The translations under genes were made by a program, and so were the position numbers. DNA of 64,000 nucleotides, taken from the NCBI GenBank assembly GCA_963707215.1, contig CAVPPB010000001.1, positions 672,001-736,000 of the forward strand, written 5' to 3'. This stretch comes from an uncultured Chloroflexia bacterium (lineage in GTDB: Bacteria; Chloroflexota; Limnocylindria; Limnocylindrales; CSP1-4). Positions 62,064-64,000 of the stretch are shown in pieces. The notes under the pieces were generated by a model that saw only the letters and a list, made by a program, of their open reading frames with translations, searched no databases and was not told the DNA's origin. Numbering within the stretch: the stretch's first letter is position 1; each line of letters starts with the position of its first letter.

Positions 62064-62651
62064 CTATCGCGGTGGCCGCTCCAGGGCGGTCAGCATCGCT
62101 CGGGCCAGGGCGACCATCTGGTCGGCCGGGAACTCGCCCTGCCGCGTGTGGAGCATGTGGAAGCCGTAGTGCCCCTGCACGACCCATATGTCATCGAAGC
62201 CGGATGTCCCGGTGGCAAAGGCCACCTCGGCCAGGCCTGGGATCTCGGTCGCGTTCGGGAAGCCCGGGTCCGCACGGACCGAGTCCCACAGGTGGATCCC
62301 CTCGGCCGACGCGTCGAAGACGAGGATGCCGATGCCGGCCGGCCGGCCCTGCGCGTCGAGTTCGTCGATGTCGTAGCCGCACTGCAGGACCATCGTCTTG
62401 AAGGGGACGGCATTCGCGTCCGGCCCACCGACCAGGCCGGGCATCGCGCTCCTGGCCTCGTCCAGCGTCGGACAGTTCCGGAAGCTGAGCGGTCCTCCGG
62501 CGTCCGGGGCCGCGGTGATGATCTCCGTCGATGCGTCGTCCTTCCACGGTGGCGCCTCGTCCTTGCCATCGGGGGAGAACGCGCCGCAGCCGGCGAGCAC
62601 CAGCAGGCAGCCGGCCCCCAGGACCGACAGGCGTCGCCAGGTCAGGGCCAT
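62064..62651 (-). CDS. Hypothetical lipoprotein
   Basis: VLAGC lipobox; IPGLAEVAF. Confidence 0.7.
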   Translation of the reverse strand: MALTWRRLSVLGAGCLLVLAGCGAFSPDGKDEAPPWKDDASTEIITAAPDAGGPLSFRNCPTLDEARSAMPGLVGGPDANAVPFKTMVLQCGYDIDELDAQGRPAGIGILVFDASAEGIHLWDSVRADPGFPNATEIPGLAEVAFATGTSGFDDIWVVQGHYGFHMLHTRQGEFPADQMVALARAMLTALERPPR

Positions 62652-63029
62652 GGTCCTACCTCGACACGGGGGCCTTTCCCGGCGATCCGTTCCGATCGAC
62701 CGGAGGTGGGCCCGCTCATCCGGAGGACGCGGATGCATGCACCGTGTTGCGGCATCGTCGCGATCGCCGAGGCCGCCTGTGCCGAGATCCAGGGGCCGGG
62801 GCGATCATGGGTCCGCCACGCTGCTTCGGCGTAACGGACCGGACCCGGCGGGCCGAACGGCCCGTGACATCGCCCCGGTCGCACCGGCCGCCCGGCCCGT
62901 GGGGTGGGCCGACGAGAGGCGGTCCAGCCCCTTCTCGCGAGCCTCGAGCCCCGCGATGATGGATCCATCGGGCGCGGCGGATGCCGCGCTCTCCGGTGTG
63001 AACGGACCTGCTCCTGGAGACCTTCTCGA

Positions 63030-63245
63030 ATGCTCCGCATCTTCCGCGACCTGCCACTCCCGGCGCCACGACCGCGCGGCCTTCGATACGTCGATCAGGG
63101 TTGGGTCGGCTGCCCCTCGACGGCGCCCCGCGACATCTCGATCGAGGCCTGCCTCGCCTGCCCCGAGCTGGCCGGTACGGTCACCGATGACGGCGCCATC
63201 AAGGCGGTGCGCTGCCGACCGAGGCTCCTCAACCAGATCGCCTGA
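63030..63245 (+). CDS. Small Cys-rich protein
   Basis: 71 aa, VGCP...CLACP...VRC; GGAGA upstream. Confidence 0.5.
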   Translation: MLRIFRDLPLPAPRPRGLRYVDQGWVGCPSTAPRDISIEACLACPELAGTVTDDGAIKAVRCRPRLLNQIA

Positions 63246-63381
63246 CCCCCGCCGAGACTCAGCGGGCACGCTCCGCGTCCACGCTGGGCGCCCAGGGCCC
63301 GTCGACGATCACCGCCTCGTCGTCGCCCGGCCAGGGCGGCATGACCCCAAGCTGCGCCTCCGGCCGCCAGGGCCGCGATCC

Positions 63382-64000
63382 TCAGCGGACCGCGGTTCGT
63401 GACCTCCGAACGGCCAGCATGCCGACGAACCCCGCTCCCGCCAGGAAGGCGAGCGCCAGGCCGACGTCATCCACCGAGCCGGTTCCCTGATCCACCGCGT
63501 TCGTCGGCGGTGGGGTGAGGGTCCCCACGCCCGAATCGCCGCTCGGGCTGGGGCTCGGGTCGACCGACGGAGCCGCGCTCGGGCTGGGGCTCGGGTCGAC
63601 CGACGGAGCCGCGCTCGGGCTGGGGCTCGGGTCGACCGATGGAGCCGCGCTCGGGCTGGGGCTCGGGCTGCCGCCGCTGCAGTCGATGATGGTCAGGCGG
63701 ATCAGCGTGCCGAACGGGTTCGGTTCCATCGATTCGTCGAGGATGCTGACGATGAAGTCGTCGACCCCGACAGCCGTCGCGGTGATCGCGAGCTCGATGG
63801 TGACGGTGTCCGACGCCTCCGTGCCGAGCGCCAGGCTCGTCCAGTCGCCAGGGAGGACGATCGTGTCGTCGGGCATCGACCCGCTGACCGGGCTCAGCTC
63901 GTCGCTGGAGACGACCACCGTGAAGACCACGGTCTCGCCATTCGCGTAGTTCGGAGCGGGGAAGGAGCGGCTCAGCACGCCCTCGTACGTGAAGGTCTGC
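63382..64000 (-). CDS. Surface protein C-terminal part with Pro/Ser repeats and sorting-signal-like tail (partial)
   Basis: (SPSPSAAPSVDP)x3, TPPPT, TM helix, VRRSRTAVR. Confidence 0.75.
   Translation of the reverse strand, partial: QTFTYEGVLSRSFPAPNYANGETVVFTVVVSSDELSPVSGSMPDDTIVLPGDWTSLALGTEASDTVTIELAITATAVGVDDFIVSILDESMEPNPFGTLIRLTIIDCSGGSPSPSPSAAPSVDPSPSPSAAPSVDPSPSPSAAPSVDPSPSPSGDSGVGTLTPPPTNAVDQGTGSVDDVGLALAFLAGAGFVGMLAVRRSRTAVR
63541..63667. repeat. 36-bp coding tandem repeat, about 3.5 copies
   Basis: GCTCGGGCTGGGGCTCGGGTCGACCGACGGAGCCGC at 63541, 63577, 63613 and partially at 63649. Confidence 0.9.

Noticed and set aside
49645-63273. Shared 16-mer GAGCGTGCCCGCTGAG at 49645 and, inverted, at 63258
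   Set aside because: Only two copies with no flanking similarity; plausible by chance at this GC content
63541-63667. 36-bp repeats as a CRISPR array
   Set aside because: No spacers, in-frame Pro/Ser coding repeat, no cas genes
45660-64000. Integron cassette array or prophage
   Set aside because: Mixed gene orientation, no recurring attC-like sites seen, no integrase or phage genes

Overview
Very GC-rich bacterial chromosome segment. Gene content and style suggest Chloroflexota (Limnocylindria-like) or a similar high-GC monoderm; this is an inference. 1-45.6 kb is mostly core and metabolic: carbamate kinase, a PII-like c-di-AMP receptor, an MFS-cNMP transporter, a Rieske oxygenase plus a decayed copy, a beta-CASP nuclease, glgA/glgM, a CtaA-CtaB fusion, a split pyr cluster, lipB-galT-like-ECF/anti-sigma-rlpA-like genes, and a 13-kb amine or N-heterocycle catabolic block (NitT/TauT ABC, NadX, Hom-like, ArsR-SRPBCC, GcvT-family, ALDH, NCS1, LLM). 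From tRNA-Gly(CCC) at 45.6 kb onward the region is accessory. Most notable signals: (1) pyrK/pyrD/pyrE homologs that have lost substrate-binding motifs and sit downstream of two unknown genes, while pyrR/pyrB are intact; (2) an integrase-less 4.8-kb islet bounded by the tRNA-Gly 3' half, carrying a c-di-GMP-II-type (GAG-variant-like) riboswitch in front of a secreted protein; (3) a GalT homolog with HPH replaced by HLC; (4) a PyrR-binding site that covers the SD of a 9-codon ORF coupled to pyrR; (5) duplicated DinB-like genes with a conserved leader hairpin. Several genes carry single-base frameshifts that look like sequencing errors. All calls come from reading the sequence; no searches were run.
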